DNA of 61,669 nucleotides, counting the filler, from Stramenopiles sp. TOSAG23-6 (Eukaryota): assembly GCA_900128565.1 (NCBI GenBank). It is 14 parts of 14 records of this genome, joined end to end, with 100 filler letters (N's around TTAATTAATTAA, not from the genome) between each part and the next. Parts side by side here need not be neighbours in the genome. Positions count along the whole stretch, not along the records: positions 13,296 to 17,615 come from LT637194.1; positions 17,716 to 22,034 come from LT637195.1; positions 22,135 to 26,452 come from LT637196.1; positions 26,553 to 30,867 come from LT637197.1; 10 more parts are not named here. One strand, written 5' to 3'. This document shows, one piece after another, positions 14,178 to 26,706 of this stretch. Position numbers and translations under genes: made by a program. The notes beneath the pieces were generated by a model, which searched no databases, was not told the origin of the DNA, and saw only the letters and a list, made by a program, of their open reading frames with translations. The stretch's first letter is position 1; each line of letters starts with the position of its first letter.

Positions 14178-15488
14178 TCAAGAATATACATTTATCAAAG
14201 GCCTACTCTCACGTAGAGTAGTTATGGCGTATACATCAACGTCACATCCTTGAATGTTTAAGAATTTCAATTTTGGTAAAGCTTGTCGCCTGTTTTCATT
14301 CTCACTATTAGTCGTGCTTTTATTCTCTTGTGTGTTATTTATTCTTTCGTATTCGGGAGGGTTAGGGTTATCTACACCCGTCTGTTCAATCTGATCAAAA
14401 TCTTCCGTTGGTTCCCATAGAGGCGATAGTACTGTTCGGCCAACATTCGTACAACCTCGAAGTTCTAAAGTTTCTAAATGGTGGAAATTTTCTACAATTT
14501 TTCGTAACATTCCTGAAGAAATCCTTACACAACCACCAAGATCAAGTAGAGTTAATTTTGCTGAATGACTCCTTTGTTTTCTAAGTTCGAGGTGTAGAAT
14601 ATGTGAAATAGCAACATCATCAACTAATTTACACGCTCTCAAAACTAAATGTTGTAACGCCGAGCAATTTCGAGATAAATCTTGAAGATCAAATTCAGTA
14701 ATTTTAATACCCCCGACATGCAAAGTGATTAGTTGACGGCCTAAATGTTCTGCTAAAATTTGAAAGCCTACATTGGATACTCGGTAACACCCACCAATAT
14801 TTAATGAACTAAGATGTTTGCAATGATGTGCTATTGCCTGTACGCTTCGATCACTTAGATTTGTGCATAATTCTAAACCTAAATTTTTGAGTTTTTTACA
14901 GCCTTTCGCCAATAAAATCACCCCTTTATCCTTCACACCCAAACAATACGTTAATGTACAAACTTCAAGTAAAGGACAGTATAATGATATTTCACGAAGT
15001 CCTCGCCCTGTCAAATTTGTACAAAATGAAAGATCAAGGACTCGAAGGAAAGGACAGAATCCAGCTATTAACTTGATACCGATATCAGTTAACTTTGGTG
15101 AAGACCATGGCAAGTTCAACGTAGATATATCATGAGTTTTCCGTGTTTCCAATACATTACTCTTTTCTTCGGGTATATCAAGGGGGCGCTGCAAATCAAA
15201 TTCAGTATCTGAGTCTGATTCGTCTGATTTGTCTGAAATATTGTTGACTGGGAAGTTAAACGAAGACGAGCTGTTTGCAAATAGTGTTCGTTTTTGATGT
15301 CGCCTGAGAATCAACCACTGTTTGATATTAGTATCAGTCAGACTTCCATTTATTGTCCCTAAACTCGAAGACTTCACAATTTGAAGTATTCTGTCTACTA
15401 CAAAACTTGGAAGATTTTCTAAGCACTCGTAAAGACTGAGGTTGACCGCAATGCAACGAATAGAAAGTTCCAATAAGGTTGGACACAT
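14178..15488 (-). CDS. Leucine-rich repeat protein (cysteine-containing, FBXL/AMN1-like)
   Basis: Repeated LxxLxLxxCxxLTDxG units; N-terminal PTLLELSIRCIA; intronless. Confidence 0.88.
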   Translation of the reverse strand: MCPTLLELSIRCIAVNLSLYECLENLPSFVVDRILQIVKSSSLGTINGSLTDTNIKQWLILRRHQKRTLFANSSSSFNFPVNNISDKSDESDSDTEFDLQRPLDIPEEKSNVLETRKTHDISTLNLPWSSPKLTDIGIKLIAGFCPFLRVLDLSFCTNLTGRGLREISLYCPLLEVCTLTYCLGVKDKGVILLAKGCKKLKNLGLELCTNLSDRSVQAIAHHCKHLSSLNIGGCYRVSNVGFQILAEHLGRQLITLHVGGIKITEFDLQDLSRNCSALQHLVLRACKLVDDVAISHILHLELRKQRSHSAKLTLLDLGGCVRISSGMLRKIVENFHHLETLELRGCTNVGRTVLSPLWEPTEDFDQIEQTGVDNPNPPEYERINNTQENKSTTNSENENRRQALPKLKFLNIQGCDVDVYAITTLRESRPLINVYS

Positions 15489-15863
15489 TTAATTGATAGT
15501 GTTTTTTTGAAATTCGTACCTAACAACTTGTCTTTAGTAAATATTCCATATTTTGATGTGTGATTGATGATTGCTTTTGCATGTTGGTCAGAATTAATTG
15601 CATATTCTGCAGCAATCCATTATTACTACTAGTGTTGCATAGGAGTGGGGATACCTACAGTAATATTTTTGGTAATAGTAGATAATAGCGACAGGGAAGG
15701 TAGAGGTTAATATCTGTCAGTTAACGGTCGACCGTTGACTAAACAGACACCACCGCAATAATAGATACCGTTGATACCACTGAATCTTCCTATTTTGCAA
15801 AAGTCTCTCATAAACTAGGACATAAATGTCTCACATGTTTTAAATATTCTCGGTAATATAAAT

Positions 15864-17615
15864 ATGGGATCTGAAGAACCTCATCCTTGTTTATGGTTTG
15901 ACTTTACAGTGGAAGATGACACTACCATAACTGGAGCAAAGCAAACACCTCAAGGTATCTTTGGAAGTCTCGCTCATTCTCCTTCACATACAACTAAAAG
16001 AAGTACAATAGCCCAGAATGTCGTTAAAAGTGACTGCTTAAGACGAAAGTACAATGAAGCTTTCTATAGTGGTGCAGGTTTGATTCTGGCGAAAATGCAG
16101 GCGTTAATTAGGGGTACATTATATAGAGCTCGAATCCACCGGGAGCTTTCTTTATCCAACTGGGATGTTTCCCGGGTAGTTCATTGGATTCACACAGATT
16201 TACATTTAATCCAACATGCATATACTATAGATGAAATGCAGATTTCGGGAAGTGACTTACTCGGACTAAATGATAGCCTTCTTAATACATTGTATATTAG
16301 CAAACCTGAAGAACGCAAACAGTTACTTGCTGCTGTGCGTAATGTAATTAAAGAAGCTCTCATTCTGAAAATGAAACGAGAACAAAAATATCTGAAGTAT
16401 CTTCATAGCGCACGTTTCTTGCAGTCGTGGTATCGATCATATTTTCGTAGATTGGAAAATCAAAAAGAGTGTACGGCCCATTTTTCTATCAATATAAAGG
16501 CACTTCGAGAATCAAATTTGGCTTCCAATTTGGGGATTTCTGGATTGAATATGTTTGAGAAATATAACGATGGCTCTGATTCTTCCGAGAATAATGCCTT
16601 TGATACATCGCGACGTCAGATTAAAAACAAAAGAAGGAATGTGAAACTTCAACTTAATGCGGAACTGTTTCTACAGTGGTCAAAACGACCGTGGAGAAGA
16701 AGTAAACTACCAGAACGATATAACGATGTGGAATCAGATGTTGAAAATATTATCAGAAAAATTGGACCAGTTGAAAATGATACATTCCGTAAAACCGAAA
16801 CAAACAAAAAACAGGATCAAATTTCAATAAGCATTATAGATGAAGAGTTTGTAAAAAATAAGATAAGTGTAGCAAAAACAGAAACCCCCCAACTCAGGAT
16901 AAAAATACCAGTATCAAATATGTTTGTAGACTCACTTGGATGTTCTAATCATTCAAAACATTGGTCAACGCAATATCGCTGGAGACTTCTTTCATGGATG
17001 TGCGAAGAAATACTGAAATTAAACACATACAGTAAAGACGCTGATCACACACCTTTCCAGAATACTTTGAAATATGCCGCAGAATTAGAGAAATATACAA
17101 TACAAGCTGTGACTGCATTTCATAAAAAAAGAACGGATACTCTTGAGAGACACAGAAGAATCGTTGCCAAACTCAAGGGAGAAAAACAAGAGTTGACTGA
17201 ACTTCTACAAGGATATTCTCTAGCAAATACAACTACGAATTCTAAAACGCCAGGAAAGTCACATAAATCACATCATTGGTTTCACCATAAAAAGAAAGAA
17301 GATGCACCTGAAACATTACATAAGTCACATCATTGGTTTCATCATAAAAAGAAAGAAGAAATACCAGAAAAGTTGCATAGTTCACATCATTGGTTTCACC
17401 ATAAAAAGAAAGAAGATGCACCTGAAACATTGCATAAGTCACAACATTGGTTTCATCATAAAAAGAAAGAAGAAATTCCAGAAAAGTCACATGAGTCGCA
17501 TCATTGGTTTCATCATAAAAAGAAAGAAGAAATACCAGAAAAGTCGCATAGTTCACATCATTGGTTTCACAATAAAAAGAAAGAAGATGTACCTGAAACA
17601 TTGCATAAGTCACAT
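15864..17615 (+). CDS. IQ-motif/SAM-domain protein with His-rich tandem repeats, 3'-partial
   Basis: IQ-like MQALIRGTLYR and LQSWYRSY; SAM-like WDVSRVVHWI..ISGSDLLGLNDSLLNTL. Confidence 0.75.
17255..17615 (+). repeat. 60-bp coding tandem repeat, about 6 copies (SHHWFHHKKKE[D/E]xPE..)
   Basis: CATCATTGGTTTCAYCATAAAAAGAAAGAAGA recurs every 60 nt in two subtypes. Confidence 0.95.
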
Positions 17616-17769
17616 NNNNNNNNNNNNNNNNNNNNNNNNNNNNNNNNNNNNNNNNNNNNTTAATTAATTAANNNNNNNNNNNNNNNNNNNNNNNNNNNNN
17701 NNNNNNNNNNNNNNNGTACGAAATTTTGTACCTAACGATTTTTTTTTCAAATATTTTTCCAAAATACGT

Positions 17770-18608
17770 GTGTTTATTACGAAATGCAAGTATTGTATCC
17801 AGGTTTTGCCCGTACGAGTAAATCTTAAAGCATGTACGTTTTCATCATGAATTTCAAATTTATTTTATTTTTTCGTACGAAATTTCATACCTAACGTTTT
17901 TTTTTACGAAAAAAAAAAAAAAAAAAAAAATTCACAATACATCTGTTCAGGCGATTGAACGACGTGTCGAGGAAAAAAAGAAAGAAATGCAAGATTTTAG
18001 TGAAGAATTCCAGCAAGCAAAAAAATTATTTGAAACAGCAAAAAATCTGTGGGAAAACGCAAAAGAAAAATATGAATTTGAGAGCAATAATGTTGATGTA
18101 TTATTACAAGCTCGAGATGACGTATACCAAAGTGCTCATGTTCCCGAGTCAATTGCTCTTGCAAAACTACCTATAATTGTGCGTTTCATTTTAATTTCAA
18201 ATTTATTTTTTTATTTTTTTATGTTTTGGTAGAAAATTTCGTACCTAACAAAAAACATTTCAAACTTAAAATGATATGGTTTCACAATACTTGCGGAGGT
18301 TCCAACAGGTTTAAAACCAGGAGATAAATTTGAAATGGTATCAATGAACGGCCAACCATTTAAAGTAAATGTCCCGTATAGAATGCCAAAGCCTCGTCCA
18401 GTTACAAATGATGAAATTTCAAGTCCTACGTCGAACACCTGGTTATTACGTGTACGTTTTCATTCTTTTTTTCATACGAAATTCCGTACCTAACGATTTT
18501 TTTGGAAATAATAACGATTTTTTTTTTGAAATATTTTTCACATTACATGTCGAACAGCCAGTGGAAAGTTCGAATGAAGAAAGTTCATCCAATTGTAAAC
18601 AACAATAA
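17770..18608 (+). CDS. Uncharacterised protein, 3' part (4 exons)
   Basis: Exons 17770-17833, 17943-18178, 18293-18451 and 18549-18608 join in frame (..LKA/SVQAIERR..LPII/AEVPTGLKPGDKF..WLLR/VEQP..stop). Confidence 0.75.
17834..17942 (+). mobile_element. Repeat-family intron, GT-AT
   Basis: Phase-1 join is in frame; the nearby AG at 17950 is out of frame. Confidence 0.82.
18179..18292 (+). mobile_element. Repeat-family intron, GT-TT, flanked TT/TT
   Basis: ATT|GTGCGT...CACAATACTT|GCG. Confidence 0.8.
18452..18548 (+). mobile_element. Repeat-family intron, GT-AT
   Basis: CGT|GTACGT...CACATTACAT|GTC. Confidence 0.78.
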
Positions 18609-18644
18609 AGAATGCAAATTTCAAAACTTTTTTCTGGTGTTTTT

Positions 18645-20646
18645 CTAGTTTTGTGCAAATTCAGATAACATTTTGTGACAATCAGAATATTTTTTTCTTG
18701 CCACCGCACATGTATTTTGGAAAAATATTTTCAAAAAAAAAAACTTAAATTTGTTAGGTACAAAATTTCGTACGAAAAAAAATTCAAATTTGAAAAAAAA
18801 TAAAACATACTGAGCTGCGTCTTTGATTTCTTATTTAGGATGGTCATTGGACTCATTCCATCATTTGCTCGGTCATATAATGCATCTTTTTTTGTCATCT
18901 CTTTTGCTTTCCGCAACGCTTCTTTTGAAAATGGATAAAGAGAGATGTCAATAATATATTTTGGAAAAATATTTCAAAAAAAAAAATTTCAATTTGTTAA
19001 GTACAAAATTTCGTACGAAAAATAAATTCGATTTTTTTGTGAAAAAAAAAATAAAACATACATATCTGCCTTTTTATTTTCCACTTCTGTATCTTCAAAT
19101 ATTACTGGTGCAATCGTGGGTAAATAACGCATAAGTAGTTTCAAAATTTTGATATTTCCTTTTTCTGCTGCAACATGAAGCGCATTGTATCCATCAGTAC
19201 AAGTACTATGAAAAAATATTTTCAAAAAAAAAAACTAAAATTTGTTAGGTACAAAATTTCGTATGAAAAAATATAAATTTGAAATTATAATGAAAACGTA
19301 CGAGCTAAGCACACTAATGAACCAGATCGAAGTAAAATATCAACAATTTCATATTTTTCTAAACGAGTAGCAATATATAAAGGGCAATAGCCTCCCCTTT
19401 GTTGTATGTTTACATCCGCTCCGGCTCGAGCTAGCATTGCCACACAATTTTGATACCCACCAAGTACCGCAGCAAATATTGGGGTACATGTATTATGAAA
19501 AAAAAATTTAGTTAAAAAATTTGTTAGGTACGAAATTTCGTATGAAAAAAACAATTAGAAATTCATATCAAACGTACATCCACTTTTTTCATCAATAACG
19601 TTTATATTTGCAGAACTTTTGAGTAACCAAGATAGACAATCTCTTCTACCTCTGCGAGCAGATATAAAAAGGGCTGATATGCCATCTGTGCTTGTTTTCG
19701 TATCTATGTATTGTGAAAAATATTTTTTTTTTTTCAAATTTAACTTTTTTTTGTTTGGTATGAAATTTTGTAGTAAAAAAAAAAATCATGATGAAAACGT
19801 ACATATCAGCAGGAATATAACAATCCAGTAAAAATTTAACTACGTCAGCATGTCCATTTGATGCAGCGAGATATAACGCTGAGTGTCCATTGTCATCAGT
19901 AACATCAACTTTACTCCCCGCTTTTACTAAATATCGTATTGCACATATATTATAAAAAAAATTAAATTCGAAATTTGTTAGGTACAAAATTTCGTACGAA
20001 AAAAAAACAAAATTCGAAATTCATAATAAAAACGTACCTATCTTCCCCCGTGTAGCCGCAAGTAAAAAAGCAGTGTCCTCAGAATCCCCAACTCTTTGTA
20101 AGTGAACATGTATTGTGAAAAAACATTACAAGATTTTTGTTATTAGGTACAAAATTTTTCAAAAAAAAAAATAGACAAAAAAAAAAGAAAACGTACATCT
20201 GCACCAGCTTTTAAAAGTTCACGGACAGATTTTGAATTTCCTGATATTGCCGCGGCGTGCAAAGGTGTTGTATTGTTATATATCAGAGGTTTATCTACAT
20301 TTACACCCGCTTCAATTAATTTCCGCACACAATTCGACCCTGACAGACCTGTTGCTTTCCAACAAGCCAAAAATATTGGCGAAATACCATTTTCAAGAGA
20401 AGTATTTGGATCTCCACCTGATTTAATCAGTAGTGAAAGAGCATTGATGCGCCCCTGTGCAGCAGCTGTACAAATAGGCGTGGCCCCACACTCTATTGGC
20501 AAGTTTACACTAGCCCCACTATCTATTAAACGTCGGAGGGAATCACAATCTCCAAACTGAGCATTTGAATATACTTCTTCAGAATTTCTACTCAATATTT
20601 TATTACCCCAGTCATTGGCGGCAGAGCTTTGCTGGTTTGTGCTCAT
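18645..20646 (-). CDS. Ankyrin-repeat protein, 8 exons
   Basis: TPICTAAAQG, TPLHAAAISG, SALYLAASNGH, TPIFAAVLGG, NALHVAAEKG. Seven family introns: 20108-20196, 19945-20037, 19706-19802, 19488-19577, 19201-19301, 18954-19061 and 18710-18810. Confidence 0.9.
18710..18810 (-). mobile_element. Repeat-family intron, GT-AT
   Basis: TQL S|AVARKK in frame to the stop codon. Confidence 0.78.
18954..19061 (-). mobile_element. Repeat-family intron, GT-AT (identical to 21729-21836)
   Basis: KAD I|IDISLYP in frame. Confidence 0.75.
19201..19301 (-). mobile_element. Repeat-family intron, GT-TT
   Basis: Restores LA R|TDGYNALHVAA. Confidence 0.82.
19488..19577 (-). mobile_element. Repeat-family intron, GT-AT
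   Basis: Restores KSG C|TPIFAA; ATGTAC is duplicated at both junctions. Confidence 0.88.
19706..19802 (-). mobile_element. Repeat-family intron, GT-AT
   Basis: Restores PAD I|DTKTSTDGISALF. Confidence 0.85.
19945..20037 (-). mobile_element. Repeat-family intron, GT-AT
   Basis: Restores ATRGKI G|AIRYLVKAG. Confidence 0.82.
20108..20196 (-). mobile_element. Repeat-family intron, GT-AT
   Basis: Restores KAGAD|VHLQRVGDSEDTAFLLAA. Confidence 0.86.
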
Positions 20647-20730
20647 TACTTACGATGCGCCTTTGGATATTGGCTGAAGCGAGTAGTATTCCTAGGTAGA
20701 ACAAGGCTAATATGAGTCTCAAAAATCTTT

Positions 20731-20776
20731 CTGACTTCGTAACTTGTGTGACCTGACTTCGTAACTTGTGTGACCT
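20731..20776. repeat. 22-bp tandem duplication in a divergent intergenic region
   Basis: CTGACTTCGTAACTTGTGTGAC x2. Confidence 0.9.
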
Positions 20777-20958
20777 ATGTCCTGCGACACGTGTAACTGT
20801 AAAAACGTCTGAAATAGCTAGAAAAATACCTCTCGAAGAACGAGCTGTTTGTGACTTCTTTATTTAGACATTCCATCAAAATTGTGACATGCTTTGATTT
20901 TCCTTTCAATATGATTAGATTTGTAATATGATCTAGTATTCAATTTATCAATATTCCA

Positions 20959-21979
20959 ATGTATACGCAGCATTTTCCAAGCCAAGAACAATATCAGCAA
21001 TATGGACACTCTCAACAATTTAGACAGCCTCAACAATATCAACAACAACAATTTAGACAGCCTCAACAATATCAACAACAACAATTTAGACAACCTCAAC
21101 AATATCACCAACAACAATTTAGACAGCCTGAACAATATCAACAACAACAATTTAGACAACCTCAACAATATCATCAACAACAATTTAGACAACCTCAACA
21201 ATATCAACAACAACAATTTAGACAGCCTCAACAATATCAACAACAACAATTTAGACAACAATATCACCAAACGCAATATGAAATTCAACAACAGCCGCTT
21301 AGATATCAGACACAATATGGAGATGTTGTTCTCCAGTCAAACGATCGATCTTTTTCTCGAAGCAAATCCCCATTTAGACCAGTCTCTGCGTCAAGCGATG
21401 AATCCATTAATTCTCAAAGCAAAAACGCTGTATGTTTTATTTTTTTTTTTAACAAAAAAATCGAATTTTTTTTTCGTACGCAATTTTGTACCTAACAAAA
21501 TTTTTTTGAAATATTTTCCAAAATACCTACAACTCAAGACAAGATGTCAGAAAAAGAATTTAAATTAGCAAAAACAGCAAAAGAAAGTATAGCTTCAGTA
21601 ATGGAACTAGTATCCAAATTTCGGAATAAGGATTTTTGTATAACGCAAGCAAGCAAAGCAAAATCTGCAGCAAATCATGTTGCTAAAGAAAGTGCTCTCT
21701 CCGCTTGTAAAGTGACGGAAGAAGCACTGTATGTTTTATTTTTTTTTTCACAAAAAAATCGAATTTATTTTTCGTACGAAATTTTGTACTTAACAAATTG
21801 AAATTTTTTTTTTTGAAATATTTTTCCAAAATATATTATTGACATCTCTCTTTATCCATTTTCAAAAGAAGCGTTGCGGAAAGCAAAAGAGATGACAAAA
21901 AAAGATGCATTATATGACCGAGCAAATGATGGAATGAGTCCAATGACCATCCTAAATAAGAAATCAAAGACGCAGCTCA
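20959..21979 (+). CDS. Gln-rich repeat protein, 3'-partial
   Basis: QFRQPQQYQQQ repeats; introns at 21430-21528, 21729-21836 and from 21980. Confidence 0.7.
21013..21270 (+). repeat. 33-bp coding tandem repeat, about 7.5 copies
   Basis: CAACAATTTAGACARCCTCAACAATATCAACAA. Confidence 0.95.
21430..21528 (+). mobile_element. Repeat-family intron, GT-CT, flanked CT/CT
   Basis: GCT|GTATGT...CCAAAATACCT|ACA gives KNA|TTQDKMSEK. Confidence 0.8.
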
Positions 21980-22034
21980 GTATGTTTTATTTTTTTTCAA
22001 ATTTGAATTTTTTTTCGTACGAAATTTTGTACCT
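21729..22034. repeat. 306-bp inverted duplicate of 18756-19061 (intron + exon + partial intron)
   Basis: Appears identical, including the rare GTACTTAAC core variant. Confidence 0.92.
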
Positions 22035-22134
22035 NNNNNNNNNNNNNNNNNNNNNNNNNNNNNNNNNNNNNNNNNNNNTTAATTAATTAANNNNNNNNNN
22101 NNNNNNNNNNNNNNNNNNNNNNNNNNNNNNNNNN

Positions 22135-25100
22135 ATTGTCGCGTTTCTCTTGACTTCGACGACTTTTGTACAAAGCTTCGCCACTGATTTTTGTAGGAAC
22201 GCTCAAGTATTTGAGTGCTGCTCTCAATGGAGTAGAGTATAAGGCTGCAAAAAATTGGCACGGGACAGATGTTATTGAAGTAAGCGTTGATGATTTGGGG
22301 AACACTGGAGTTGGAGGGGCTTTGACTGATGACATACTTCTAACTGTACATGTCACCCCAGTAGATGACAAGCCTCTGGTCATGATTTCAGAAACATCAG
22401 TGGAAACAGTCGAGGATACAACGTACATTGTGAATGAAATAGCAATCTCAGTACCAGATGGACTCTATGGACCTTGTCATAATTCAATGAATGATATAAA
22501 CAACAGCCACGCAATACATTATGGCATTCCATGTGAAAATAAAACTGATGCAGGAATGGAAAATGTAACTGTAACAATCCATGTTGATAACGGTACATTT
22601 TCTATTACTAGAGGAATTTCAGATTTAGTATTTACAAATGGTGATGGCGAACTTGATTCAACTATGACATTTGAAGGACCTGTAGATGCTATTAATAATG
22701 CGCTGAAAGAATCACTTTATTTGCCTAATTTAAATTGGCACTCGAATTTATCGACATTAGATCAAATACGCGTCACAGTGGTTCATGGGACAGTAAGCAA
22801 TAGTCAAGTATTAATGGTTCGAGTAATTCCTATGAATGATGCACCTGTTTTAGGTGTACCTGGAGCACAATACGACCCCATTTATAAGGTACAGGATAAC
22901 TTATCCCAACGGGTGAATGGCATAGACGTGATTTCTATTCCTGAGGATATCAAGCGCATTATTACAGGGATTTCAGTTCGAGATGTTGATGCGGATGATA
23001 ATAGTGGTTTGATCAGTGTATCTATATCAGTATCACACGGATATATTTGGTTATCCGAGTATTCACCAATACAGGAAATGTTGGAGGGTACTGGATTTCG
23101 TGATAGGAGTGTATCTTTTCTTGCAACAGTGGCGAATGCAAATCTTGCATTGAAATATTTAACATACGAAGGGGAACTTGATTACTACGGCTCAGATGCC
23201 ATATCGATTATAGTAGATGATAATGGTAATAGTGGGGAATCACCAGGTCGATGTAAAGTCAATGGAATTACCTCTACAGAATTACTACACTCTGCGGTGT
23301 GCATAAGTACATGTAGCGATGAAAATATTGATTTAAATCTTGGTTCTTCTGCTTGCACTGGTGGATATTGCATTGATTCTCTTGGCAATCCTATGATAGA
23401 TAAGAGACCAAATGAGAGTACTTGCAACGCAAATGATGGAGAGCAATGGGTCATCCGAGTTTGGACACAACGTGAATGGATTACTTCTGGTACATCGACT
23501 TCGCTTTTAGATGAAGTTTCTATCCCTATCTCTGTTGAAGCTGTTAATGATGAACCAGTTATTAGTATTCCACTTACACTCCAAGAATGCCTCGAAGATG
23601 GAAAGCTTAAATTAGTGGGTATACAGGTCATTGATGTTGACTCGCCTTCATTACTGGAAGTTACTGTTGAAGTTGGCGAAGGTATGATTACTCTAACTGA
23701 GATGGTAGGATTGGAAATGTTGGAAGGTGACGGAAATCAAGATGGATTTACTAAATTCAAAGGTAGTGCAGAAAACATTAGTCGTTCTTTAAACAATTCT
23801 GAATATCAGCCAAGATTTAGATGGAACAGTATGAACCGCGCACCCGATACAATCACTATTACTGTTCGCGACAATGGTAATTCTGGTGCTGGTGGAGAAA
23901 ATATTGTCAAAGCTACAATACACGTAAATGTATTACCAGTAAATGACGCACCTGTGATTCATTTACCAGGAATGGTCAAAGAATATGTTTATGATGGCCG
24001 TGAAGAAACTGTCAGTGTAGAAACATTAGTTTTGTCGGAAGACTCGCTACTTGAAATGCACGACATTTCTATAGTGGATCCCGATGCAGCCGAAGCTTTC
24101 GGTGGCATGTTGAAGGTATCTCTGACTTCCAGTCGTGGTACAATATCTTTGTCATCTATTCGGGGGGTGAAATTTATTTCTGGTAGTGGCACGAATGATC
24201 GTTCAATGACATTTGAGGCGGCACCTGATATGGTAGATGCCGCACTATCGACTGTGACATATCGACCACCACTGAACCAATATGGCGCTGACTCAATAAA
24301 TGTTGTAGTCAGTGACTATGGTAATACTGGTGCTATCCAACCAGGCATCCGGACTGCGGCGCATATAGGTACAGACGAGCGACAATGTATTCGTCTTACT
24401 GCCGCGGATGGTACTGATGCAACATCAGCGACTGGACAATTTAAGTTATCNACTGATGGTGCTACATGTAAACCTGCNGTAGATATCCAATTTTGCTTGA
24501 ATCAAAAGGTTGCCGGTGAGTGCACAGCCGCCAAGCACTGTACGTGGAATGGCACTACGGCATTGTGTACAGCTGCTCCAGAAAGTTGTTCCGATGTTGT
24601 CTCACCAACTCAATTAAATTGTACGACATCAGCGCATTGTATTTTTTCTCCGCAAGCTGAAACAGCATTTATAGATGTTACATCAGTATTGACCCTTGAT
24701 AATGCATCAAATGGCAAAGGAACAAATAATATTTTGGCTCATGCAATACAAAGTATTGTTGGAGAGCAAGATCCAAAACTTCAAGAATTAGGTAATACAG
24801 GACGAGAAGTACACCACCCGCTGATTGTAAGAACTTCCCACCACCCTCAATATCTTCAGTGGTGTGTCCAATTTCCTTCTTCACTTGGAGATATTAAACA
24901 ACTGACTGTTCCAGAAGTTCCACTTAGTTCAAATACAAATCCTATGGAAGCATTGGTATGGACAGAAGTCAATGGTAAAAAGTCAATTCTTAACGAGCTT
25001 TCTGATTCCCAAATCTTACCTATTTCAATTACAGCTGTCAACGATGCACCAAAATGGAACTTACCATTAAGTACTATCCCAGTGCATGAGGATAAGGTTG

Positions 25101-26434
25101 CGCCCATTAAAGGCATTTCTTTTGTTGATAGTGACACAATAATGAATCCGGAAATGATCTTGCAAATAGATATATCTGTCAAATATGGACGAATTTCACT
25201 GACGAATGTTGATGGGCTAACATTTAGCGAAGGTGGCGTACAACCTGGAGATCATGATAATAGCGGAACATGGGCATCAAAAGTACGTTTTACGGGTACT
25301 CAACTACAGCTAAATCGTGCTCTCGCGGGATTGTTGTATGCTCCTTCGTTAGATTGGAATTCATCAATGAATGCTAAAGAAGGTTTTGATACAATATCAT
25401 TATTAGTTGATGATCTTGGTAACTACGCCGACAGTACTAGCGCACCATTAGTAGCATCTACAGAACTACACTTGCAACGTGTTGAAGGCATCAATGATGC
25501 ACCTATTGTTCATGTCCCAGGCATGGTTTTGACAGAAGGAGCATGTGAATCCGAACTCGACGCTTCTCAAGTTGAGCATTCCCATACAAGTCCGCACGTA
25601 AGTGCAGCTGGTCGTTGCAAAACGTTAGTCTCAATTTCTCCGCTTTCTGCATTTGAAGATGAATACTTACCAATTCCAGGTGTATGGATAGACGATCCTG
25701 ATTCACACGAAATATTTGGTGCCAGTATGAATGTTACAATGAGTTTACTGCATGGTAGTGTCTCAATTACAACAAGTGATGGGCTATTTTTTGAAGATGG
25801 AAATGGTACGGATGACAACCGACTTGTTATCATTGGCCCTTTGAAGCGTATTAATGAAGCTCTCGGATCTCTCAAGTACAAAGGACCTCAAGATTGGTAT
25901 GGAGCGGATCATTTGACAATATTTGCTGATGATCGAGGTTTTAGTGGCCAAGGACCAGCTTTAAATGATACAAAGACAATACCTATTCATGTTGAGCCTG
26001 TGAACGATTCTCCATACTGGGCAAATTGTCCAACTACACAATTAAATTTGCACGAAGATGGTTCGCTGAAACTGAATGGGTTTAACGTCATTGATATTGA
26101 CGCAACAAAGTTTGATATTCCCCGTGTATTTGGACAATCTCAATCACCAACTGTCGATGATAACGATCAAGGTGAGTTATGGGTTACAATTGATCCCGAT
26201 GTAGGTTTTATCGCAATAGGAGATCGCGATGCTGGCGAATCGCGTAAATCTGCAGAGCGACTTACATTTAGTCGCGGAGATCCTAGCAACGGAGTCATTC
26301 AACCTGGAAGACGTAGTTTACAAGGACCCTTTGTACAAGGAACTTCTTTCAGTGGTTTAGTTCGGGACGTAAACCTTGCATTGATGGATTTGATATACAT
26401 CCCGAAGCTCAATGTGGTAACTTGGAAGTATTGA
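22135..26434 (+). CDS. Very large cadherin-like/Ig-repeat surface protein, internal fragment
   Basis: About 8 repeats ending in V(N/D)DxP with DxD and DxGNxG motifs; Cys-rich inserts; no introns. Confidence 0.85.
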
Positions 26435-26706
26435 AATGGGTGAGAAGTCAAANNNNNNNNNNNNNNNNNNNNNNNNNNNNNNNNNNNNNNNNNNNNTTAA
26501 TTAATTAANNNNNNNNNNNNNNNNNNNNNNNNNNNNNNNNNNNNNNNNNNNNCGATTTGGGATATTAATTAAGAATATTGACACGAAATCCGTGCCAATA
26601 TGTGTATTTCGTGATGTTTGGCCATTATTCAAATGGTAGCAGATCGACCTCATTCGATCGATACCGTTCGTGTGTCTGTGTGGCTACTTACAACTAAAAT
26701 TGTTAG

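Noticed and set aside
18731-19987. Many short ORFs in the track ending in or containing YEILYLT, VRNFVPN or RTKFCT, read as a small-protein family
   Set aside because: They are translations of intron sequence
21002-21568. Alternative-frame Asn/Leu repeat ORF and the antisense Leu-rich ORF 20860-21315
   Set aside because: Shadows of the 33-bp Gln repeat; only the Gln frame splices in frame to the downstream exons
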